From assembly GCA_000182565.2 (NCBI GenBank), contig KQ257452.1: a DNA stretch of 64,000 nucleotides, one strand, 5' to 3'. The notes under the pieces are model-generated. The model ran no database searches, was not told the DNA's origin, and saw nothing but the letters and a program-made list of their open reading frames with translations. Position numbers and translations under genes: made by a program. The stretch is from Spizellomyces punctatus DAOM BR117 (taxonomy: Eukaryota). Positions 1 to 12,954 of this stretch are shown here, one piece after another; within the stretch, counting starts at the first letter, position 1; each line of letters begins with the position of its first letter.

Positions 1-146
1 GCTCAAAATGGACGCAAAAAAATTCGGAAACGTTCTTTTCTTAGATCCCGGTCCCGTATATTAGCAAAAAAAAGGTTGTAATGCAGCGTCAATCAGTGAC
101 GGGGACTTGACCTTAAGCCAAGCACAACTTTTGCCATCCAATAAAT

Positions 147-475
147 GCTATCAGCTTTGAAGATGCTGCTCGAGCTGGCCATTGGAGTGGCAACAGGATA
201 TATGAACGTGGTGGCCAACGGTCCCTGAAGCTATCTATCTCTGACATCTTCTGTGCGAAATCAAACTTGGGAATGCCCACAAATGACCATTCAAATCTTT
301 ACTGCGACAAACAAGGGAACCATCGCCCTCTCCGAAAATTAATCGGACCACATCCTGATGCGAAGCACATGGACGTACGGCATCATTACATCCGGGAGCT
401 GGCATCCCGAGAAAGTTTTCCCTATTTCAGTGCATCCGTCAAAAATGGTTTGCCGATACCTCTTACACAAGTCGC
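147..475 (+). mobile_element. Degenerate Ty1/copia retrotransposon remnant (RNase H region)
   Basis: ORF 267..569 contains LYCDKQG...AKHMDVRHHYIRELA, matching the copia RNase H signature (YCDNQSAI...KHIDVRYHFIRE). The frame is disrupted and no LTRs are visible. Confidence 0.7.
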
Positions 476-1155
476 TGCGAAAGCCCCCGCTTTTTTTGGT
501 AGAATAAGAACCAATCAAGTACCAATTAAAAAACTAATAACCTTTGCTCCGCTTTTTTTCTTCTTGTAGAGTGTTTTTGGAAAATGTCAAAAGCACAATC
601 TAAGCTTTTTAATTTGGATAGAATAAAATACCATTATCGTACGTTTGTTTTATAAAGAATGTGATGAACCAAATGCGTTATTGCTTCCTTTACACAAAGG
701 CCACGACAAAAACGCAAGGTGTCTACCATCATTGGTACATACGCTAACATGGCATGTTAAATAAACCGATAATGTTAATGTATCTAAAGATGATTAGGTT
801 TGTGTTTAACCTTCAGGAATCGCAAGCAGTGTGGTATTCTAAAATAAAGATGCGGCGAACATGGGCAGAACAGTATTACAAACAAATGATCAACCTATCA
901 TGTAAAACATTCCACTCCGCATGCAAAAAATCTGGGTAGATTGATCAGAGTTCCATTAATCTCTAAACAATACGGTAAACCATCTTTGGCTGTAAAAGAG
1001 CAACACAATAAAAGCACATATCGAATTTCAAATCTGCACGTTTTATTAAGTGCAACGATTAAGAGTCATCAATTCTATATGAGTTTATCTACTTATGAGA
1101 TCTGTATTCTATATATTCTAATATAGCAACCACTCCCTAAATCGTAAAAGGTCAT

Positions 1156-2769
1156 CTAAAAATGAGACTCTACAATATCATTCCCTGCCCTAATAGCAAA
1201 CTCAACCGTCTCAAATCCATTCAACCCAGACGCATAAAACGTATTCAGCTTTCCTTGCAACGCATTGAATTTCTCATAATACCCTTCAGAAAGTTCCTTT
1301 GTATCATAATGCGGGAAATAATCCCATTCTTTAAAGGCTTTGATATCAGTGTCGGTGATTCCTTTAGGCGGAGTAGAAGTGTCACGAGGGTCTTTATTTA
1401 TTTTCGAAATGGTTGATTTCAAGAGGGTGTAGCCTTCATTTAGGGTTTGGTTACTCTTATATTTTCCCCAAGACCAGGTAGTAGCGATTTGAGATGCATT
1501 ATGAACGCGGATAAACGCCGTGGGTTGTCCATTCGCTTTCGGCATAAAGGGGATAAACGCACCCGGGAGGGACGGAAGAGGAACGGGGAGCTTATTAAGC
1601 CACTCATTAATGGTGTTGATAAATGTTGGACGGAGGAACCCGGCAAAGTTGTCTCCGTTGGGTGTATTGACGTTGACGGCTCCAGACCAGTACTTTGTGA
1701 CGCCAACAGGTGAGAAGGCTTCTTGTTCTTCAGGGGAGATGGCGAGGTTGGCGGCTTGGAGGGCGTGCATGACGGGAGGGAAGGCTAGGACGAGTTTAGA
1801 GCAGGTTTGAGTGGTGGGTGTTGTTTGACCTGGTAAAGTGTAAGTAATGACTGGGGTGGGACCCGTACGATCAATCTTGTTGATGGTGGTGCATAGATGG
1901 AGGGGGCCCTTGACGTGCTGTTCGGCGTACTGCTGAAACACTTTTTGAAAGTCTAAGGAAAATAGAATTGATTAGCATGTGTGTATGGCACAAAAGTAAG
2001 ATACACCACCATCTTTTCTGTATTTTCTGTAACGTACCAATGATATACCCCGTCTTTTTCCCCGCAAAAAACTCGACAATATCCGGCGTAAAATACTGCA
2101 ACATGTACACCGCAGGCGTCTCCAAAATATCACCATACCCATAGGGCACCATCCCTTGAATAAACAACACTAGCATAAACGGAAGTTTATTTTTCAAGAG
2201 CCATTGAATGGTCGGGACCGTCATTTCTTTGGGGACCCCCTTTTTATATCCAAGCGACACGATCGGCTCAAACTGTTCATGCCAAATCTTGATATACCGA
2301 TCAATGTTTTCTTTGAAAGGAGGTCGAGCGGCCGTAACGGACATGGGTTCCTTTTGCTGCTCGATATGCCCAGACTCGTAATCAAAGAGCCAGTTTTTGA
2401 ATGTATAGTCGAATGGAGTGGCTTGGACTTGAGCTGTGTTGATGATTTTGACGGTTTCGGTGTAGGTTTCGTTTGAAAACAAGAGGGCACCGAGGGGGTG
2501 AAAGAGTCCCCTAACATGAACATATCAGATTATTGTCCTTTACCGTATATTTCGCATAGGAAAACTTACTGCTCATTGTAGTAACTCTGACATTTCCCAC
2601 CAACAGCTTCATTCTTTTCAAACACGACAGTAGAGTATCCTTTAGCTTGCAACTTGTTTGCAGTCGTCAACCCCGCCGGTCCAGCTCCGACGATACAAAC
2701 TGGGTCAGAGGGGATGCTAGCCCCAAAAGCGGCAGTAGCACTCGCGAGAAACAAGACGACGGATTTCAT
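1156..2769 (-). CDS. Secreted FAD-dependent oxidoreductase, flavin amine oxidase family (CpaO-like); exons 2769-2570, 2510-2038, 1952-1156
   Basis: A signal peptide (MKSVVLFLASATAAFG) is followed by the dinucleotide-binding motif VCIVGAGPAGL...FEKNEAVGGKC. The C-terminus reads WDYFPH...LQGKLNTFYASGLNGFETVE. GT-AG introns join the three ORFs in frame. Confidence 0.88.
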
Positions 2770-3239
2770 GGCTCACAAGACACTTGGTGTGTTTTGCAAG
2801 TGTTTGTGGGTGATAAGGTGGGAAGTGACAGCAGTTACCTCACGGTTTTTTATATTAAAAGCTATTTACCAATATTGCCTGCAGATCGGGTCCATCCGAC
2901 TCGGTAAAAAAAAAGATAAACAAGGGAAATGTGAACTAGTTGAAAGTATGAGATCCCAAATTTTGACATTGCCTATCATTTTCATCTTCTTTTTGACTGA
3001 AAACCCGTTATGGGTTGAAAATCGTTAAAAGCAGTCATTCAGCCGAATTCCACATACTATTTACTCAAAAGAAAAATAGCCGCCGCCTTGAACAATAAAA
3101 AAAAAGCCATGTCCACATTTTAGTGAAATACTAGCTAACAATTGAGTGTTCTTTTTCTGGCTAGGCGCGGTTATCAAAGAAAATTAACTAGAAAAGTGAG
3201 AGTAAAAGAAGCCACGGTTCCCAGTACCTTTATCATCAA

Positions 3240-3870
3240 AACAGAACCGTTTGACACTTGTAGACGGTTCAACCGTCATGGCAAAAGCTGCAAGATAGTC
3301 GCTCGGCTAATTACAGGCGGTTTGACTTACGGGCGCAGCTTTGACAACCGCCCTTGAATGACTCGTGGCCATTTGTAGACAAGTTTGTACACGCTGACGA
3401 TGCCAAAGCAGCAAGATACAACTACAAACCAACTTGCAAGTCGATCCTCCACGGGATCCGACTCCCAGGCGCAGCTGGAAAGGGCTACTTAAAATGACGA
3501 CTGCATAGTAAAACCACCCGTTTGCAATTTGGAACATCAACCGTTAGCAAAAAGCCACAATGTAAATCTACCCTAACAAAACAAAAAAACCACATGGGTA
3601 CCAATTGCAGGGCGCAGCTTTGTCAGAGCGTTCATCCAAAAAGTAAAACCGTTAAAGGACTGATGGTAGGAACGCACCGTCAGCAATGTATAGATACCTT
3701 GTACACAGACTGATTCATTACCCGTTTTAAACCGTCATAGCAGAGCTGCAAGATCTCGCAAATCTATCTACAAGCAAACTACCTCGTCCAAACTTGCGGG
3801 GCGCAAGCTTTATCAGTGCCACTGGAATGACCAACCATAAGCGATTTGTATAGACAAGGTTTGGGACCAG
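3240..3870. repeat. Decayed imperfect direct repeat (about 3 copies), possibly a Cys-rich gene fossil
   Basis: AACCGTCATRGCARAGCTGCAAGAT occurs at ~3271 and ~3730. GGGCGC(A)AGCTTT occurs at ~3331, ~3610 and ~3799, each followed by a TGTA(TA)GAC/GAT-type block. Confidence 0.5.
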
Positions 3871-4449
3871 TAAACGGTTCATCTTAACCTCCAAATCACC
3901 AAAAAAAAAAAAAGAAAACCTACCCACCTCGATCGGAAATGCAAAAGATAGACTACCATAAGTATCTGTTTTCTGTTAAAAGACTCGTCAATGGCCAATA
4001 AAACTAGATGCGCAAGATAATCCACGATACGGAGGTGATCCTTCCGATGTGCTACGTGACTGTGCGCATTCAAAGCCACGCGCATGTGAGGTAGCGATAT
4101 GGCAATGCATACAGTTGCATGATAAAGTTCAGACAAAATAGGACAATACACATACATGACGTGCAATAAGCGAATTCACAGACGAGTTTGGTTTGTTCAA
4201 AAGTGTACATGGCTGGATAGACCATGTTTTTCTTAGAGTGGGTACGAGATGGCCATCGTCTTCATCCATTCCTGAGGGACCCTCAAGCTCATGAAGCAGT
4301 AACAGTAATTCGTGATCAACACAAAAAAAGACAGCTCATGACATTTCAATACAAAAAAAAAAAAAAAAAGTTCGACACCGAATGTCCTGACCAACTTGTA
4401 GAGTACAAAACCCAAAACATTTCCCCATAGGTATATATAAAAAAAACTC

Positions 4450-6040
4450 TTACGCCCACCTCCCAATAACAGCCATCACAGCCGCCCCAACCCACAAACA
4501 AGCCACTTGAGCAAGTTGCTGTCCATTGGACGCATCCTTGTACCCATTCCCAGCAAAATGCGGTACAATCACGTTAACAAGTCCATCATACAATAAAATA
4601 CCCGCCGCAAGCGCATCCAGGATGCCCATGCTAATCAAACTCGCTACAGCATTCTCATTGAAACTCGAGTGGATGGCGATACCGAGGGCAATGCCGATGG
4701 GTGTTGAGAGGGAGTAAAAGAGGACCATGAGGATGGAGGTGAGGCGTTTGTGAGGGGCGTCGAGGATGATGGTGGAGAGGGCGAGACCTTCAAAGAATTG
4801 GTGAAAGCAGAGGGCGACGAGGAGGGATTTGAATTCCTCTGTGGGGGGAGGCGAAATGAAAAAGAGTTAGCTCGGGGACATTGAAGAGTGTGCAAGCGAG
4901 AGGGAGATTGAATGCCGTGATAAAAGCAAATGTCAAGAGCGCCCGCGCCAGACCAGGTGGCGAAAAGCCCAAATGAAACCGTTTACGCGCGCAACGACAG
5001 TTGCCGTGATGGCGAGCGCTAGCGAGTCGTGTCCCTTTCCCACGAAGCCCAACCCTAACCCTAACCCTAACCCACCCAACACCAAACCCTATACCGAAAA
5101 CTCACCTCTGGCAGCACCCAAGGTCAGCCCGATTATGATGGAATGGCTGGCAATACCAGCCTCCAAAATATACGTAGTAATCGTCTTTTCCTCTGCATCC
5201 AACAACAAGCTATGGACATGAGCGTCCTCTGCATGGGCATGCGAAAGGCGATGGACATCATGGGGATCCTGTTCTTCGATGACAACGGTACCATCTTCCA
5301 ATGTCTTTGACGAAGCGTCCTTTTTGGGCGTGCTGTTGATGGCTTTGGATGCTTTTCGTTTCCGCAAGAGATTTGAAGCGGTGATTTGAATGAGATGGGT
5401 AAAGAGGATACCAAAGAGGGCCATAGCGGATCCCCACGCAGAGTAGTCTTGAAAGGCTTTGGGGAGACACGGATTGGCGAGACTTTTTTGAGCGGGGGTG
5501 AGCATGTGCACGAGAGCGGTGGCGAGGATGACACCCGCGCCAAACAACTTGAATGCTTGGAAAATGTTGCTTCCCGACTAGAGACAAGAGAGGAAGAGAG
5601 AGCGTGTGAGAGATTGTAATGACATGACGAAGCGGTAGCGGCGAGCGCCAGCGATCCTTGTCCCATGCCATTGCTCAATGATGAGCATAAGGCACGAGTA
5701 TCAGCGGCGAGCGCCAGCGAACCTTGTTCCGCGCCATTGCTCAATGTCACGCTCTACTGAATCTCCATGATGAAGCGACAGCGAGTCATGTACCTAGCCC
5801 TAACCCGAACCCGAACCTGAACCCAACCCAACCCAACCCTAAACCTACTCCCAAAACCTAAACACCCACCTTGAAGCACTTGCCACTCACAATCGGGAGC
5901 ATGGTCCCAATGAGAGACAAACCCATAATGATAAAGATGGAAGCGACATGAAGACCCATATCATAGTCACCCTCAAGGGCGAGAGCACATGGATCCCCTA
6001 CAATGGGCTCTGAAGGAGCAGGAGTAGCAGCGTCAGCCAT
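4450..6040 (-). CDS. ZIP-family zinc/iron permease (Zrt1-like); exons 6040-5870, 5577-5106, 4838-4450
   Basis: Motifs FGAGVILATALVHML, a His-rich loop HDVHRLSHAHAEDAHVH, LEAGIASHSIIIG, ALCFHQFFEG and C-terminal MAVIGRWA. Canonical splice sites give a continuous frame. Confidence 0.95.
5011..5090 (-). repeat. Interstitial telomere-like (TTAGGG) tract plus GACTCGCTAGCGCTCGCC motif in ZIP intron 2
   Basis: The + strand reads ggcgagcgctagcgagtcgtgtccc...cccaaccctaaccctaaccctaacccacccaac. Confidence 0.85.
5633..5862 (-). repeat. Minisatellite units plus degenerate telomere-like tract in ZIP intron 1
   Basis: Two copies of gcggcgagcgccagcga..ttgt..c..gccattgctcaatg (~5638, ~5704) are followed by gcgagtcatgtacctagccctaacccgaacccgaacctgaacccaacccaacccaaccctaaacc. 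Confidence 0.85.
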
Positions 6041-6046
6041 GTCTGA

Positions 6047-6110
6047 ATGTGTGCGTATGTGCGTGCGTATGTGCGTGCGTATGTGTGTGTGTGCGTATGT
6101 GTGTGTGTGA
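6047..6110. repeat. GT-rich microsatellite (gtgcgtat/gtgt) immediately upstream of the ZIP start codon
   Basis: Directly visible. A (GA)n tract also lies at ~6313-6333. Confidence 0.9.
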
Positions 6111-6134
6111 TGACTATTTATGCAAGAAGCGAGT

Positions 6135-6687
6135 ACCTCATGGGTTGTCAAGACAAGAACCTCCCCAGTTGCAAATAAAAGATAAAAGAAAAAGGCGTAA
6201 TCATAAACCAATAGAATACAAGTAAGATGTGGATATAAAATGATGGGAATATCACGTGATTATGTGTTTTTTCCCACGCATTTGTGAAATAGAAAGATTT
6301 TCCCACACACAAGAGAGAGAGAGAGAGAGAGAGAAATCTCTCTTCATTGTGCTTTTCACTCTTTCTTTTTCACACTTGCAAGAGTCCCTCATGGGTTATC
6401 ACACTCTCTTCATGTTCGTACCTCATGGGTTATTCTCTTTTTATTTTAATCTTTTTGTCTTTATAGTACAAATGTCATTCAACTTGCTCATAAGGGGACT
6501 CTTTACTTATTACCATTACAATTGATGTGCATTCTCATCTTTCATAGTTGTATCAAATGATGTTCAATCCCTTGACATTCAGGAATTGGTTCTTGTCACA
6601 TTAACCCCTCCCTTCTGAATGTACTGTGCCACAATCGCACGCGTACCTCACGGGTTATATATCACTTTGGTCTAGGACCTCATGGGT
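6135..6687 (-). promoter_or_regulatory. Cluster of five (A/C)CCTCAYGGGT motifs upstream of the ZIP transporter (candidate zinc-responsive elements)
   Basis: Copies at 6135-6145, 6386-6396, 6420-6430, 6645-6655 and 6677-6687, all in the same orientation. The regulatory role is inferred. Confidence 0.6.
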
Positions 6688-6947
6688 TATGAGGGGTTTT
6701 TTTATTTGGAAAAGGTTTTCTCTGCCAGTTCACAATTATGAGTGTTTTGGGTGTATTTCGACAAATGGATCACATTGTAATAATAGAGAACAATGGGAGA
6801 AAAATGTGTAAGTGGTCATCATGGCTGAGGGCGGGAGGCCGTTTTTTTTTCTCTTTTTCTCATCTGGCATTGGGATGGGGACGGGGGGTGATTGGGAGAC
6901 GACGACGAGTCTCAAGGACAAGTGTTCAGGGGACGGATTCGTGTAGA

Positions 6948-7375
6948 GGTGGAGGTTGAGATTTGGGTTTAAGGCTTCGGGTTGAGGTTGGGGTTGGCGT
7001 TCCGGTTTTAGGGTTCAGGTAAGCGTTCGCTTTAGCGTTCGGGTTTTAGGGTTCAGGTTAGCGCTCGCGGTAGCGCTTGGGTTCAGGTTGGGGTTGGGAT
7101 TGAGTTCGAGCTAGCGCTCTCGTCATGGAGCATAGTGGAGATTAAAATTGAGGTCTCGCGAGGGACATGGCTTGCGAACACTCACCATGGAGCTATAGTG
7201 GAGAGTGACCTTGAGCTATGGCTATGGCGAGGGACGAGACTCGCTGCCAACACTCACCATGGAGCTATAGTGGAGAGTGTGACACTGAGCTATGGCGAGG
7301 GACATGACTCGCTAGCGCTCGTCGCTAACACTCGTGGCTGACGCTCACCATGGAGCTCTAGTAGAGAGTCGTTGG
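6948..7375 (+). repeat. Degenerate TTAGGG-like tract (~6948-7105) followed by a 4-unit minisatellite
   Basis: The tract reads ggttttagggttcaggt (twice) and gggttgggg. CATGGAGCTATAGTGGAGAGT-type cores start at 7124, 7186, 7258 and 7349. Confidence 0.85.
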
Positions 7376-9333
7376 ATGGCTCTCGTCTTCATGTCAGTGT
7401 TTACGTACTAAACAAAACGCTATTGACTCTCACATCAAGTCAAGTTTCGGGCGTGCACATGGGGTTATCGCAACTTGCGATCTCATTTACATATCATACC
7501 AACAAGAACGACACTGTGCTCCGTGAATGGAGGGTGCCGGGCCATAAACAAATGACTAATATGAGTGATATACTCGGTGCATTGTTACCAAGATTTGTAT
7601 CTCTGTATCAGCATCAACGTAGTAAACAAAACGCAATGTAACACTCACGTCGTGTCATGGACAAGTACTTGCCTCGCACATGCTCCTGATCACGTTGGGT
7701 GAACCTCACTCATACACTGCTTGAATTTGTTGTAGATTGCAGGATAAGTGAAAGCTTATTGGACCTCATCCATATGTATCAAAAATACCCTAGAAAATGC
7801 AAAATAAACGAGCAGGGGTGCTATGTATTGATTCTCATTCAGGAATGAATGGACTGAAGCGAAACAGGTATCACCTACGTGCCCTGTATACATTTCGCAG
7901 CTGCACCTTGTTTCCGTTTGCTTCCAAACAATGAACTCTTTTTACGCTCACCACACGATCACTCTAAAGAACAGCCTGCACCCAATCGTGTCTACCATAT
8001 TTTAGAGTTCTAGCCCGGCCGCGCAGGATCTTAAAATTCTAGAAGATCCTTTGAAATATCAATTTGATCTGTGCTTGACCGTTTATTAGTTCGGTACGTA
8101 AGAATGTGCTCCCCGCGCCATAATGCATACTGGTAGCAAAAAGACTCTTCACTGGAACATTGAGTACGTAGCGATGACGTTGCACATATCCAGCACAACC
8201 TCATTGTGTGAACAATCTTTTGCATTGCACCTTGTACGTTCTACTCTGTACAAGAAGACAGTAGCTATTTACTTGACCTACTTGTATGGAATGATATACT
8301 TACGAGTTCACATCTCACACCGTGTCAATTGGTTACTAGCTCTACAGTCACAAACACAAATCACTCAATTTCGAACAAATGGAGAGTGAACATGGAGCTA
8401 TCAGAGACGTATACGTGTCTTTGGAAAGTCTATCCGTATCAGTCATGAATTGGATCGACGTAATAGATTGCATGTTGCGTGCAGCTATAGTGGAGGATGC
8501 ATTTGGATTGTATTTGCCCCACATGGACGGGGCGTCTGCACTCGCACGTTGGGTTAGGCTTACTAACAGCACAAAATAGTGATAGTGCGCAGGGTATTGC
8601 ATTTGCTACCCACGGATTCAGCCCCCACGCTTAGGTTTCTCAACCTTCTCGCTAGTATGACGAGTAAATTCTGATCCATTATCCTAAAGAAAGGGTGAGT
8701 TCAATCGGTAAGCGGAGCGAGTATGCCCGTCTCTTTGTACCCCCTTGATAGCTTTGAATGGGCTCAACACAGCGCATTGTAAGATTCCGCTTTATATGGG
8801 GAAAGAATTGTGAGAATCAAGAGTGTAAGAAATCACCCCTCAAGACGGGCACACAACTCATTAGGGCTGATAATGCTACCTCCATTTGCTGGGTTGCAAA
8901 AGGGCGTTTTGAACACGATTTTTGAAAGTGCAGAGAGGGTGCAAGCATAGTCTGTATAAGAGGTTTTCAAATCTCATGCATTCCCTCACTGGTTTCATAC
9001 ATTTTCTGGTGTGGGAACACCAATTCAACATTCCAGCAGAACAATAAAAGGGCAACGCTGACAGCACCTGCTAATCTATGCCCAATAATGATGTGAGCGA
9101 TACTCACAATATTCTACTTTGCAGCAAAGAAAATGAGTTGCTGTGCACGTTGCTTTGGAGGACGGATTGAACGAATGCCCAGATGGGTAGTCCCCCTGAT
9201 CGGCCGATCAGACCTCCGGCTTACGCAATCAGGCTTAGTCCGATTTCAAAGCCTCAACATTTCTTTGCCCGAACACTCCCGCAACTCGTCTGGCCATTTC
9301 ACACATTTCACATCCTACATTTCATTATACATT

Positions 9334-10892
<1,559 letters not shown>

Positions 10893-11123
10893 AGTACGAT
10901 TTTAGATGGGTAGACGGGGGCAGTGGATGATTTTATCCCGAATCTTTACAGAACAAGTTATACATGGTGAGAGTTAACTTGAAGTACCACAGAATGCAAT
11001 ACGTGTTGACATATCATGGTATTATCACCACGAAACCCCCTGTAATGCCGCTCAATCAACTCTTCATGAGATAACCCAGACATTTGGATAACACCCCACC
11101 AAAAAAACATTATATATATTTTA

Positions 11124-12395
11124 CTATTCCCAAATGGGTACATCATTATAATCAAAATCTGTATCCAAATCAGCCCAATTCGTTACTTTGGAGTGGTTTC
11201 GTGATGTTTGTTTTGGTTCCATACTGTCATTCTTTTGTAAACCAACAATGAGTTTCAATTGTCGGGAGTCATATTATAGGAATGTATCGTACCAGTACTT
11301 CTCCAGACTCATTTCCGTTCCCTTCATTCGACGGACGTTCGATATGATTCGCTCGGCCGATTGACTCTTGATCCACACAAAGTTTCCGTGGTGAACAAGA
11401 CTTGTTCATCTCCATCCGCTCATTCTACAATTCACACCCAAAAGAGTCTAGTTGGTCCGTTTTTATAATATTATATAAAGTACGTAACCAATACCTCTCC
11501 AACCTCTTCAGATTCATTGCCATTCCCTTTATTCGATGGGCGTTCGATTTGATGGGTTGGTATATCTGGACTAGACGCCTCCTGATCTCGACACTTTTGT
11601 GATAAAGATACCGGCCTTGTAGGCCGTGATGCCGTTGGTTGGGGACCTGAGGGGATGTAAGGATTCAACTCCTCGTTTTGATGATTTAGTTGGTTATGTG
11701 CTTTTGGGCGGTCAACAACGGTATGAACGGATGCTTTGTATGCGTCCTGATGTTTTTGTTTCTCGGGACTGTCTTTTGATCGACCTCTGGCGTAGTCGGT
11801 TCCTTTATGGGGTTTAGGTGGTGAAGGGGAGGTTCGTCGGTGGGGATTTGAGGGGAGGTACGGATTTAGTTGCTCGTTTTGAGTACCTCGTGGTTGAGAA
11901 TGTGGTTTTGACTGCGCGCGGTCAAAAAAGTTATGAACGGAAGCTTCGTACGCATCCTGTTCTCGCCTTTGTTTATCGTCTTTTGATCGACCTCTTTGGT
12001 GATCGTTTCCTATACGAGGTTTCCCTTGCGAACAAGGCGAACTCTGTCGTTGAGGTTTACGCGGAATAGGAAGATACGGATTCAATTCCTCTTCCTCCTC
12101 ATTCGTATCCGATTCCTTGTTATTCTGCCTAAACACAGGAGATCCAGATACTTGACACGGCAGCTCAGATTGTTTTTTATTGGGTTTGGGTTTTCTGTGT
12201 CGGGTATTTCGGTCTGTTTTTGGTGCGGTTTCCCAGGCATGCACAATCGGTTGTGGTCTACCAACAAACTATTATTAGATACACTCTTAGTTTTGTTATG
12301 ATGGAGTACGCTTACTCGGTTTCCCAGGCGTGGATCGGACGGTCTTTACGATGGGGAGGGGTGTAGCGGTTTATTTCGGGACGGTGTCGGTCCAT
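11124..12395 (-). CDS. Hypothetical low-complexity protein with internal repeats; 4 exons (12395-~12317, 12257-11495, 11424-~11293, ~11231-11124)
   Basis: Splicing at GT-AG sites gives MDRHRPEINRYTPPHRK...; repeats HAWET x2, (E/Q)LNPY(L/I)P x3, RGRSKD...QDAYxASVH x2, IERPSNxGNGNES x2; ends WADLDTDFDYNDVPIWE*. Confidence 0.7.
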
Positions 12396-12954
12396 AGTTT
12401 TTTAAAGGTGTGAATGGAAATCAGGTTAGGCTTTTCGATTTTTGTGTGTGTGATTTGTTTTGGAAACAGTGTTTTGTGGGGTCTCCCTTTTGTTGTTGGG
12501 GGTCTTTCTTCGTAGTTGGGGGTTAAGATGGTAGATTGAATTAGTGTGAAATGATAGAGTAGCGTAGGATAAGTTTGGAGCGAGTGCAACCGCTTTTTGA
12601 CAAGAGTTGTGCAAACCCTTATGGGTGATGTCAATGATGAAACTTGCTAAAGTGTTCAATGATCTGCTGATGAATGGGTTTTGGGTATTGGTTTTGTTTT
12701 TACACTTTTTGTTCCATCATTTGATACGATATAACATCTTGCTTTCTTCTTTTTTCATGACGAATGCATTACATGACATTGCAAGAAAATTATAAAGGTG
12801 TTCAAATGCTATGCGATAAACATTAACAAACAGTTCGTATCAAGAGTTGAAAACTGCGCTGGGAGTGCGATGGACCCAAAAAACTACTGTGCGAATAGCG
12901 CGTCATTCACACCCTTTTTTTCTGGCACACCTCTGCAAGTTTCGTCATTGAACC

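Noticed and set aside
4352..4405. Possible tRNA fragment on the minus strand (AGTTGGTCAGGACATTCGG followed by a poly-T run)
   Set aside because: There is no anticodon arm, T-arm or matching acceptor stem, so no cloverleaf can be built. It lies in the ZIP 3' region.
5133..5750. 205-aa minus-strand ORF overlapping the ZIP gene, and similar long antisense or alternative-frame ORFs elsewhere
   Set aside because: It starts within the intronic repeat and runs out of frame through a real exon. These are shadow ORFs.
7124..7375. CRISPR-like appearance: a ~22-bp conserved core recurring with variable spacing
   Set aside because: The intervening sequences are homologous to each other (gagggac...aacactc), there are no cas genes, and the context is eukaryotic. 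It is a minisatellite.
7400..9100. Short ORFs and partial echoes of the minisatellite core (catggagcta ~8391, gctatagtggag ~8484)
   Set aside because: The matches are only 10-12 bp and the ORFs lack domain signatures, which is too weak to call a gene or element.
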